Origin: the human T2T-CHM13v2.0 reference genome, Homo sapiens
NCBI GenBank assembly: GCA_009914755.4
Contig: CP086569.2
Span: forward strand, 15,232,001 to 15,296,000
Reading direction: 5' to 3'
Length of the DNA stretch: 64,000 nucleotides
The translations under genes and the position numbers were made by a program. Positions 25,130-34,640 of the stretch are shown here, piece by piece (within the stretch, counting starts at the first letter, position 1; the number at the start of each line of letters is the position of its first letter). The notes under the pieces were generated by a model that saw only the letters and a program-made list of their open reading frames with translations, was not told the DNA's origin and ran no database searches.

Positions 25130-26456
25130 AAGACAGAAAAGTTGTCCAAGTCCCCACTTGACCCAGGACATCCAGCTGGCCTCACCTCTCACTCCGCCCT
25201 CTAAACAAGCCACCACAACTGCTGTCAGAAACTGGGCAATGACCACTCTAGCTACTTTCTACTGAATAAGGGCAAAAAGTTTTCCTGCAGTTGTAGTGTC
25301 CTCCAGAGGGGAACTCTCTAGGCCAGTCAAAGGGCCATTGGATCAGTCCAAGGGTCCTGAGTAGAAGTTGTGAGTTGCGCTCATTTGGGGTTCCATTTGT
25401 AAGACCATCTGTAGCTTGATGACCTCAATCCTGGAGGAAAACAAATTTGACAAAGAGGTTAAAATTATAGGTCCTGAAGGTGAATAATAGCAAGATGGGT
25501 GTCATGGGACCAAGAAAAAGGAGAAACCATGTTGCCCAACTCCAGAGGTTGGTATAAGAGTTTGAAAGGAGTTGTCTGATTTCAGAAGTCTTTTTCTATA
25601 AATACTGGGCAGCATCTAGTACTATCCCTGACTGGTTAGTGTAAAAACAACACTCTTCCTCTATAAAGGTTCAAAGTCCTTCATTCTCAGCAGTGAGGAG
25701 GTCTAGGCCTCAGCAGTTTTGGAAAGTCACTGCTGCCAAATAGTCTGTTTGGGATTGCAGAGTAAGGATATAGTTTGCTATTTCTTGAAAACTGTCTGAG
25801 AAATCCTTTGAAAGTCTGTGGTAATAGGATAATGAAGTAGATGACCTGGTTATTCCAGTTCTCTTAGCAGTGGCAATTCCTAACCTAATAAGTAGGCATA
25901 TTAGTTGCATGAGCCTGCACTGACAAACTTGAGTTTTGAGGGGCAATGATAGGGTCTCATTTCCTGGGGCAATGTCAATATTGGGACTTCAGAAGACTAA
26001 GGTGCAGGTTTCTGTCCAGTTGGTGGGGAGGCATATGTAGGTTGAAGTTCCATATAAGAAGAATATGCTTTGGCTGGGTAAATAGAACTGGCGGTGTATG
26101 TTAAAAAGATGTGTGAATTTGTTGTTTTCTTTTTCCCATACTCCTAGAGTACTTGCCAAAGTAGCTCCCGTGAGTGGCTGGAAAGGGGTGTTGGGAGCAT
26201 TTTGTGTTCTATTTTTGCATTGGAGAAAAAAACGTTTTGTATCTACCAGGAACCATTCAAGAGAGTAATTGAAAGAGGGGATGAGAAGGCATTCATTAAT
26301 GGTGGGGGAGCTGCTGCAGGGGTTCCAGGGATGAATGGTCATGCAGGGAGTATGTTTGCAATTGCAAAACCCAGACTGTTTGTTAAGCAGGGAAGTGCCT
26401 CTTGAGTGTTTCATTTGCCTTCTCAAACTTCCCTGAGGATTGTTGCCTTCAGGCAC
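25130..26456 (-). pseudogene. env: env of locus B: SU ORF (155 aa, ...FFLYGTSTYICLPTNWTETCTLVF) and TM carrying an immunosuppressive-domain/CX6CC remnant (25640-25745: QN.*GLDLLTAENEGL*TFIEEECCFYTNQSG), interrupted by stops
   Basis: Motif match to gamma-type env (YICGNN..YLPTNWTG.C; LQNRRGLDLLTAEQGG.C..L.EECCFY.NQSG). Confidence 0.8.
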
Positions 26457-29032
26457 AGGGAAGGTGATCTTGTATCCCTAGTGCCCTGGAAATTCCCTGA
26501 ATTACCATGGCTTTAAAAGCCAGGCAATTATTGCTTTCTAAGCTTTGGGAAAGCCCATATCTAGGAATTATTTCATGAATTAGGACTTTAACCACTTCCT
26601 GAATCTTCTCTGCCTTGCAGTGGAAGGCTTCGATCCAATTTGTCAAGGTATCAACACAGACCAACAAGTATTGAAATCCCTTTGACTTAGGCATATGGGT
26701 GAAGTCTAACTGCCAGTTGTCTCCAGGATAGTGCCATATTCTTTGTTTCCCCAGAGTGGCCTTATGATGGACCAAGGGATTATTCTTTTGGCACACCTCA
26801 CAGGCTTTGACTTCTTGCTGGATGGTCTGGAGGATATTTGGCCCTTTAAATAGGGATTTGGCCATTTGATAAGTGTTCTCAATACTGATATAAAAAATTT
26901 GCCGGAGAATCTTAAGCATTTCCCACTGACTGGCTTTGGGTATGAGTAACTTTCACTCTTCTGACATTAACTACCCTGAAGGGAGAAAACTATTCACCCA
27001 TGAAAGTCCCCATTCTGTTTCAGTCAGGGAATACTGGGGCTTAATCTCTTGGAGAGGGTTGTTCCATACCAAGGGTCCTTCTATAGGTGTTTTCAAAGGA
27101 AGGTTTCACCTGGCAGCAATTTTGGCCTCAGTGTCTGCCTGACATTTTCCTTCTGTTTTTTCTCCTTCACCTTTTGATGGTTTCAGCAGTGTAAGACTGC
27201 CACCTCTTTGAGTTTTTGCACTGTGTGCAATAACTCTATGATTTCCTTGTGATATTTAATGGGGGTTTCCCCAGAGGTTAGGAATTCCCTTTCTTTCCAT
27301 ATTGCAGCATGGGCATGTAGGATTAGATAAGCATACTTGCTATTTGCATAAACTTTTTTTTCCCCTTTCCCAGTTCTAAGGCTCGGGTAAGTGCCACTAG
27401 CTCTGCTAACTGGGTTCTTGTCCCTGGGGGAAGAGGCTTACTTTCAAGTACTGTTACAACACTAACTATGGCATAACCTGCCCTTGATATCACATTCTCC
27501 ACAAATGAACTTCCATCGGTATATAGGTCAAGGTCAGGATTAGCTAAGGGGACTTCTAAGAGATCTTCTCAGGTGAAATAATTTTGGGCTACAGTTTGTT
27601 GGCAGTCATGCTCGACTGGTTCCCCATCCTCTGGGAGAAATTAGCAGGGTTGAGGGTCACATACACATGCGTATTTGAAGCACCGGCCCCTCAAAAGTAG
27701 TGCCTGGCATCTAAGCAGGTGGTTTTCTGATAGCCATACCATAAATTTCCTTTGGCACCTAGTATGCAATTTACATCATGAGGAGTCCAGACACTGAGAT
27801 CCTTTCCTTGTATTATTTTGATAGCCTCTGATACTAAGACAGCCACAGCCAAAACTACCCATGAACAGTGAGGACAGCCTTTTGCTACTACATTAATTTC
27901 CTTACTTAGGTATGTCACGGGTTGTGGGGTTGTCCCACACATTTAAGTAATGGCTCCAAGAGTTATTGCTACTATCTATGTTACATATAAAGAGAAGTTT
28001 TGTCCTGTGGAAAGGCATAAGACTGGTGCTTGTACGAGGGCCTGCTTTAAGGTTTTGTTTAAGGCTGTTTCTGCCTCTGGTTCCCTTTCTACTAGATGAG
28101 TATTTGCCCTCTGGGTCTCCTTGATTAGAGTATAAAGTGGCCTGGCTATCTCCCTGTATCTGGGGATCCATAGTTGGCAAAAGCTTGTGATCCCAAGGAA
28201 AGCTGCAACAATTTTAATGTTTTAGGGCAAGGACAAGTCAGTATAGGCTGTATTCACTTTTTACTGAGGGCCCTGGTTCAGTTGGCTAAGATTATGCCTT
28301 GATATTTGACTTGTAGGTAGAGCTGGGCCATCAATTTAAATGCTTTGTACTCTTGATTAGCTAGAAAGTTCAAGATATCTAGGGTAGCCTGCTGGTATGA
28401 GGCTTTCAAACTGGTAGCCAAAAGTAAATCATCCTCATACAAAGAGATCAGAGTGCCTGAAATTGAGAAGTGACCTAGATCTTGGGCCAGTGCCTGACCA
28501 AATAAGGAGGGCTGTCCCTAAAACCTTGAGGCACGATTGCCCAGTAAGTTGGCAGGTGTGCTGTGGGATCCTCAAAGACAAAGAGAAACTGGGAGTCAGA
28601 GTGCAATGGAATGCAGAAGAAGGCATTCTTGAGGTCCAGAACAGTGAAACATTCTGCTTCCTCTGGTATTTAAGAGAACAGAGTATAGGGGTTGGGTACA
28701 GCTGGATATAGAGGAATTACTGCCTCATGGATGACTCTATGATCTTGCACTAGTCTTCACTGTCCATTCAGTTTTTATACTACTAGAATTGGGGTGTTGC
28801 AGGAACTGCTGCATTTTCTTACTAAGACTTGAACTTTTAAATGTCTACCTCTCTTCTGTAATCCTTTATGAGTTTCAGGCCTTAAGGGATATTGCCTTTG
28901 ATAAGGAAAAGTGGTGGGGTCTTTTAGCCTGATTTGAACTGGGCTGGCATTTTTTTGTTTGTTTTTTTTTTTCTGTATTGTCCTTCCAATGCCCTGAGTT
29001 AAGTGTTGATTCCCTCCTCCAGTATGGAACAA
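26449..29032 (-). pseudogene. pol: pol block 2 of locus B: RT (N-terminus at 28775-29032 with ...QYPLRPE...NTPILVV, YEDD at 28431-28442), RNaseH (AELVALT near 27385-27420, ADTEAKIAAR near 27050-27120), integrase (ORF 26449-26919: CEVCQ...WQLDFTHMP...GFQYLLVCVDTLTNWIEAF)
   Basis: Conserved RT, RNaseH and IN catalytic motifs read on the minus strand. Multiple frameshifts. Confidence 0.85.
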
Positions 29033-29099
29033 AAAATGGTTAACTTGTTCCCCAAATTTATGTAGACAATAGCTCCAGCTTTGGCTAATATATCCCTCC

Positions 29100-29340
29100 C
29101 TAATAAAGGTGTGGGACTTTCAGCCATAACAAGAAAGTTATGTGAAAAGGGGAAAGTCTCCCAATTACAGCTGAGGAGGTGGGAGAAATACCTGGTAACA
29201 GGCTGTCCCAGGATTCCTCACATGGTAAGAGATCTTGAGGACAGCTGTCTAGGGCAGGAGATTAACACTGAGAAGCTCACACCAATGTCCAGGAGGAAAT
29301 CAATTCTGTGGCCCTCAATGATTAAACTTACCCTGGGCTC
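29100..29340 (-). pseudogene. pro: Protease of block 2 (PRVSLIIEGHRIDFLLDIGVSFSVL; the active site DTGA is mutated to DIGV at 29278-29289)
   Basis: Minus translation aligns to the gamma PR N-terminus ([23 protein letters not shown]). Confidence 0.8.
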
Positions 29341-29937
29341 AGTGTGTGTGATGGCATGAGTTGGTGCTTGCCCTGGGCACCCTCAGTCCTGTTGGATTAT
29401 CTGGTTGAGGGCTACTGGCCCTAAGAACCTTTGTCCTCTGGGGCAGTGTGTCTTCCAGTGATTGCCTTGACATAGTGGATATGGGTGAGGGCATGGCTTG
29501 TTTCTCATTGGAGAATCTTTTTTAAAGTATTCTTGCAAATCACACTCATAACAAGCTATACTGGGTGATTGGCCTGCTCCATTTTCTGTCTTCTCTTAAC
29601 CACCAAGGTTTGTTTCTCTGAGGGCCATGACTAAGGCTGTGGCCTTTCTCTTATCTCACTTTTTTCTTCTCACCTGTCCTTGTTGGTCCCTATTATAGAA
29701 CACCAAGGTTGCAAGGTTTAAGAATGCCTCCAAATTTTGTTCAGGACCCAGGGCTAGCTTTTGGAGCTTTCTCCTGATATCTGCAGCTGACTGGGTAATT
29801 AACTTATCTTTTAGGATCAGTTGACCCTCAAGGGAGTTGGGGGACTGGGGAGTATATTTTCTTAAGGTCTCCCATATATCAGCTACGATGGCTTGGAGAA
29901 ACAGTGCAAACTGGCAATGTAAACAAGAGTAGGGCAT
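29340..29937 (-). pseudogene. gag: gag CA C-terminus plus NC of block 2 (ORF 29656-29937: IVADIWETLRKYTPQSPNSLEGQLILKDKLITQSAADIRRKLQKLALGPEQNLEAFLNLATLVFYNRDQ). The NC knuckle is degenerate
   Basis: Matches MLV CA AFLERLKEAYRRYTP...[37 protein letters not shown]. Confidence 0.8.
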
Positions 29938-30773
29938 TTATGAATAGTTGAGCAAGGTGAATAGGAGTATGATGAGACAGAAGATAGTAGGGATGACAAG
30001 TATTTTGTGGTGCAGTCCAATTTGGTCTGGTGTCTGGAATGAGACTGGGGCCTAATAAAAAGGAGCATCTATATAGGAGCTCAGATGGGCTATACTCTGT
30101 AGCATTCCGAGGACAGGCCGGAATTCTGAGAAGGGCAAGCGGTAAAGTATTGTCCAGTCCTTTTTAAGTTGTTGGCTGAGCTTGGTGAGGTGTGTTTTTA
30201 AAAGACCATCAGTCCATTCTACCTTTCCTGAAGAATGAGGACAGTAAGGGATATAAAGGTTTCAGTGAATACCAAGAGCCTGAAAAACTGCTTGGGTGAT
30301 TTGGCTAATATAGGCCAGTCCGTTATCAGACTGTGTAGAGGTTGGAAGGCCAAACCAAGGAATTCTGTCTGACAGAAGGGAAGAAATGACCGAGGTGGCC
30401 TTTTCAGATCTGTGGGAAATGCCTGTACCCATCCAATGAAAGTGTCTACCCAGATCAAGAGATAATTTAGTTTTCTGACTCAGGGCATGTGAGTAAAGTC
30501 AATTTGCCAGTCCTGGGCAGGGGCACATCCCTGAGCTTGATGTGTAGGGAAGTGGAATGTGGGGGGCCTGAACAATCCCTGAGGAGGAGGAGTAGAATAG
30601 CAGATGGAACACTGAGAAGTTATTTCCTTAAGGATAGATTTCCACAATGGAAAGGAAACGAGAGGTTCTAAAAGGCAGGCTAGTGGCTTGTATCCTACAT
30701 GGAAGAGGTTATGAAATGATGACAGAATAGAATGGGCCTGTGAGGCTGGAATCATTCTTGCTCCAAGAACCAT
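29900..30773 (-). pseudogene. pol: Integrase of block 1 (…QDWQIDFTHMP; IWVDTF.GWVQAFP; C-terminal TKLSQQLKKDW...SRHQTKL), running directly into the CA C-terminus of block 2 near 29940
   Basis: IN core (D,D) and C-terminal similarity to MLV IN on the minus strand. No LTR or leader separates it from the following gag fragment. Confidence 0.7.
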
Positions 30774-30893
30774 TTGCCTTGTGTAGGAAGAGATTGGTAG
30801 TTGGAAGTTTCATTGGGGAGTAGGTGGGAGTGAACAATGAGAAGGAAAAAAACTGCTTTAGGGATAGAAGTTGGAATACTAGCTGCTTTTTAG

Positions 30894-31419
30894 CTACCTT
30901 ATCAGCATAAACATTGTGCTGAGTGATGGGACCTGATGCCTTTGGATGGCTGCTCTTTTAGCTACCTTATCAGCATAAGCATTGTTCTGAGCAATGGGAT
31001 GTGATGCCTTTTGATGGCCCTTGCAGTGAATGACTCCAGCTTCCTTCGGAAGTAAAGCAGCTTTGAGAAGCGTTTTTATTAAAGAGGCATTAATGATGGA
31101 GGACACTTGCATAGTGAGGAATTTTTTTTTCCCATATAACAGCTTTGTGGTGCAGGATATGGAAGGCATATTTAGAGTCAGTATAAATATTGATGCATAG
31201 TCCTTTTGCAAGAGCAAGGTCTCAAGTTAAGGCAATGAGTTCAGCTTGCTGAGAGGTAGTGTGGGTAGGTAACAGAAAGTAGATGCACCAGGTGTGAGGC
31301 AGGAAATAGATTTTGGAAGTTATTAGAACTGTAGAGAGTAGAGAGTGAGTTGAGCATAGTTTGTGATTTTGAGGGCCTCTATAAGTATTAAGGCAGTGGC
31401 AGCTGCAGCACACAGACAT
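30894..31419 (-). pseudogene. pol: RNase H of block 1 (TSQQAELIALT ... AGVIHCKGHQKASHPIAQNNAYADKVAKRAA)
   Basis: Conserved RNaseH motifs (AELIAL; IHC.GHQK...N..AD..A) in ORFs 31222-31419 and 30894-31217. Confidence 0.85.
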
Positions 31420-31452
31420 GAGGGCTAGGCTAAAAGAGTAAGGTTAAGTTGT

Positions 31453-32100
31453 TTAGATGAAAAGGATACAGGATGTGTTCACAGGTAGGAACTCTGGCTT
31501 GACTGAAGTAATGGGGACTGTCTGTGAAGCCTTGTGGCAGTACAGCCCAGGTAATTTGCTGAGCCTGATAGGTGTCAGTGTCAGTCCAAGTGAAAGTGAA
31601 GAGAAGCTGGGGTTAAGGGTGCAAACAAATAGTGAAGAAGGCATGTTTGAGATCCAGAACAGAATAATGGGTTGTGGAGGGAGGTATTGAGGATAGGAGA
31701 GTATATGGGTTTGGCACCATGGGGTGGGTAGGCAAAACAATTTGGTCGATAAGGAACAGATCCTGAAGTAACCTGTAAGGCTTGTCTGGTTTTAGGACGG
31801 GTAAAATGGGGGAATTGTAAGGAGAGTTTATAGGCTTTAAAAGGCCATGCTCTAACAGGATAGTGATAACAGGCTTTAATCCTTTTAAAGCATGCTGTGG
31901 GATGGGATATTGGCATTGAGTGGGGTAAGCCTGATTAGGTTTTCATGGGATGGTAAGGGGGTGCATCATCTATTGTCAAGAAGGACGTAGAGGTGTCCTA
32001 TACTTGTGGATTAAGGTGGGTAGATACAAGGAGAGGATGTGAAGGAGGATTTGAATTGGGGGAAAATGTGGCAATGAGGTGTGGCTGTAGCCTAGGAATA
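31453..32100 (-). pseudogene. pol: RT N-terminal part of block 1 (LPQGF-like ...RLSKLPGLYCHKASQ). The YXDD region is missing, so there is an internal deletion of roughly 0.8 kb before RNaseH
   Basis: RT finger/palm-like ORFs 31453-31740 and 31581-31916. Only about 70 codons separate the RT fragment from the RNaseH AELIAL motif. Confidence 0.6.
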
Positions 32101-32122
32101 GTCAGGGAAGCCAATAATTTAG

Positions 32123-32407
32123 TTAAAATGTTTGACCTAATAAGGGAGCTGGGCAGGTGGGGATAACTAAGAAGGAGTGCATAAAAGAATATTGTCCAAG
32201 TTTGCACCAGATTTGGGGAGTTTTAAGAGGTTTAGAAGCCTGTCCATCAATACTCACAACAGTTATGGAGACCAGGGAAACGTGCCCTTGAAAAGAAGGT
32301 AATGTGAAGTGGGTAGTCTCTGTACTGATTAAGAAGGGTACAGACTTACCCTCCACTATGAGTGTTACCCAAAGCCTCTGTGATGGCCTCCCATACAGAT
32401 GTGACAC
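32123..32407 (-). pseudogene. pro: Protease of block 1 (VTLIVEGKSVPFLISTETTHFTL...PLLGQTF; the DTGA active site is degraded to STET and GRD to GQT)
   Basis: Collinear with the PR of block 2 and of provirus A. Confidence 0.7.
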
Positions 32408-32890
32408 AGCTTAGGAGGAATCCCAGGCTGCAGGTATTCCTTGGCTCTGTGGACAGATTTCTGGCACTTGAAGCAAGATCCTGGGGTAGGAGTTCCTGGA
32501 GGAACACTTGGCCACTGCAGTTCAGGCATTTGGAAGTTCTTGTGTGCTGAAGATGTGGCTGGGGTTTGTCTCACAGTGGAAACAAGGAATTGCAACTCAG
32601 AAATATGTTGTTACTTGGCTGCCTCTACACTATTATTGTAAACCTTGAAGATGAGGCTAATTAAGTCCTGTTGTGGGGTTTGAGGGCTGGAATTTAATTT
32701 TTGGAGTTTTATTTAATGTCAGGAGCTGACTGAGTAATAAAATGTATACTAAGAATAAGACAGTCTTTTGACCTTTTAGGGTCTAGGGCTGCAAAGTGTC
32801 TCTGGGTTGCTGCCAAATGAGGCATGAACTGGGCTGGGTTTTTCTATTTGATGAAAAAGAGCCTAAATGCTAACTGATTTTGGAGAAGTC
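32365..32890 (-). pseudogene. gag: gag NC (CFKCQKSVHRAKEY with the final Cys mutated to Tyr; second CHICMGGHH) plus truncated CA (PFSLSDFSKI ... region) of block 1
   Basis: ORF 32365-32595 and minus-strand translation of 32600-32890. The CA N-terminal motif PFSLSDF matches provirus A (PFSLSDL). Confidence 0.7.
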
Positions 32891-32937
32891 AGATAAAGAA
32901 AAAGGAGCATTAACCTTGACTGTGCCTTTAGCTCCAG

Positions 32938-34259
32938 TCACCTTTTTAAGAGGAAAGTGCTAGTCATGTAGGGGAGAGCTAGTCGTGGAAAGAAACTGTG
33001 AGCCAGACTGGAACAAAACTGTAAGCCAGACAGGGTTTGAGGAGGGGAGGTGATAAAAGGATTATAGGGTGCATGAGCAGAGGCTGAGGAAGAATTGGGA
33101 CCTGGCTTGGCCTGGTGAGGAGCAGCCTGGGGAGGAGGGGAGAGGTCAGATGGGTCCATAGAAAGGAAGATTGGAAAGACTCAGTGACACTTGGGATTGG
33201 GACTGAGGGGACAGGCAGGAGGGAAAGAAGCAAGATTTGGGACTAGTTGCATTGGGAACAGAGACTAGGGAGGGACCAATGTGTGAAAGAATGCCTGGAC
33301 ATCAGGCACCTCAGACCATTTGCCCATTTTATGACAAGAACTCATTAGATCTTATAGGATGGAAAAATCAAGAGTGCCATTTTCTGGCTATTTGGAACCA
33401 CTATTGTGTTTGTATTGAGGTCAAGAGGCATTGCAGAAGAAAATAAGGCATTTAGGTTTTAGGTTAGGTGTGAGTTGAAGAGGTTTTAAATTGTTGAGAA
33501 TACAGTCTAAAGGAGAAGAAGGAGGAATGGAGGGTGGAAGTTTGCCCATAGTGAAGGAGGCAAGTCCAGAGAAAAAAGAGTATAGAGACATAGAGAGAAG
33601 GTGTGGGGGATACCTGCCCCCCAGGAAAGTGGAGAAGGGGTGGAGACAGGGAGAGAAGGGGCAGGAGGTGCTTGCCCCCTAGAAAAGTGGAAAAGGGATG
33701 GGTAGAGATGTGGAGAGAAGGGGTGAGTGAACAGCCCTGGGCTGCCTGTGGGTGTACATCCAAAGCAGGCATCCCCACAACTGACTTGCCACAAAAGGAA
33801 TGTGGTTAAATGACCAAGGCAGGCATCCCTGTGGTGATCAGACATCAATGAAATGTGGGTGAATAATCAGGCAGGTGTCCCCGCATGATTAAATACCTAG
33901 GGAAGACTGTCTTCCTAAGTCTGTGACCAGGGCCAGAGTTTTGGGTCCACAGAAAAAACACATCTCCTTTGTCTCTACCAGAAAAGGAAAGGAACTGAAA
34001 TTAAGGGAAGGGAGAGACTGAAGTGTGGCCCCAAGATTGAAATGGAAAGAGGTTGACGGATAGTGAGAGAGGTTGGAGAAGAGAGTAAAAAGAGGCCGTT
34101 AACCCGATTTAAAATTGGTGAGATATTCCTTGGGCTGGTTGATCTGAGGACCAGAGGTTGTATGTTGATCTTTCTCATGGAGAAAAGAGCAGGAGGACAG
34201 GGGATTGATCTCCCAAGGAATGTTACCCAGTCTGGGTCATGGCACCAGATGTCATGCAC
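32938..34259 (-). other. Presumed p12/MA/leader region of block 1. It includes a Pro-rich segment (PPPQ.., PYNPF) and three ~48-bp tandem repeats at 33715-33900 (…ggcaggcatcccc…)
   Basis: Position relative to the CA start fits a leader plus MA/p12. Homology to the provirus A leader is weak, so the assignment is tentative. Confidence 0.4.
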
Positions 34260-34640
34260 ATCCGTGTGAAGAGACCACTAAACAGACTTTATGTGAGCAA
34301 CAAAGCTGTTTATTTCACCTGGGTGCAGGTGGGCTGAGTCTGAAAAGAGAGTCAGTGAAGGGAGATGGGGTGGGGTTGTTTTATAGGATTTGGGTAGGTA
34401 ATGAAAAATTACAGTCAAAGTGGGTAGTTCTCTGGTGGGCAGGGACAGGGGTCACGAGTTGCTCAGTAGGGGAGCTTCTGAGCCAGGAGAAGGAATTTCA
34501 CAAGGTAAAGTCATTAGTTAAGGCAGGAACAAGCCATTTTCACTTCTTTTGTGATTCTTCAGGCCGTCTGGATGAATACATGCAGGTCACAGAGGATATA
34601 ATGGCTTAGCTTGGGCTCAGAGGCCTGACACTAACAATGG
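34260..34640 (+). repeat. LTR12-like (HERV-9 LTR) R-U5 fragment in plus orientation
   Basis: gtgaagagaccactaaacagactttatgtgagcaacaaagctgtttatttcacctgggtgcaggtgggctgagtctgaaaagagagtcagtgaagggagatggggtgggg...ttttcacttcttttgtgattcttcaggccgtctggatgaatacatgcaggtcacagaggatataatggcttagcttgggctcagaggcctgaca. I recall this as the LTR12 3' part. The poly(A) signal is mutated (aacaaa). Confidence 0.55.

Larger units (their letters stand above)
25130..34259 (-). mobile_element. Class I HERV locus B: LTR-less, rearranged provirus of the same family as provirus A. Order on the minus strand is leader with tandem repeats, gag (p12, truncated CA, NC), PR, RT (internally deleted), RNaseH, IN, then a second block of CA C-terminus, NC, PR, full RT (YEDD), RNaseH, IN, then env SU-TM, cut off about 60 bp into U3
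   Basis: Minus-strand ORFs carry retroviral motifs in two collinear blocks. 29090-29880 is homologous to 17140-17900 and to 32100-32900. 25130-25560 is homologous to 15600-16030. Confidence 0.8.

Noticed and set aside
28463-28711. Plus-strand ORF (82 aa) conserved with another plus-strand ORF at 31457-31690 (…EKLG.RVQ.N.EEG..E.QN…)
   Set aside because: Both are antisense to the RT coding region of the two ERV pol copies. The conservation is a mirror of RT homology, not an independent gene.
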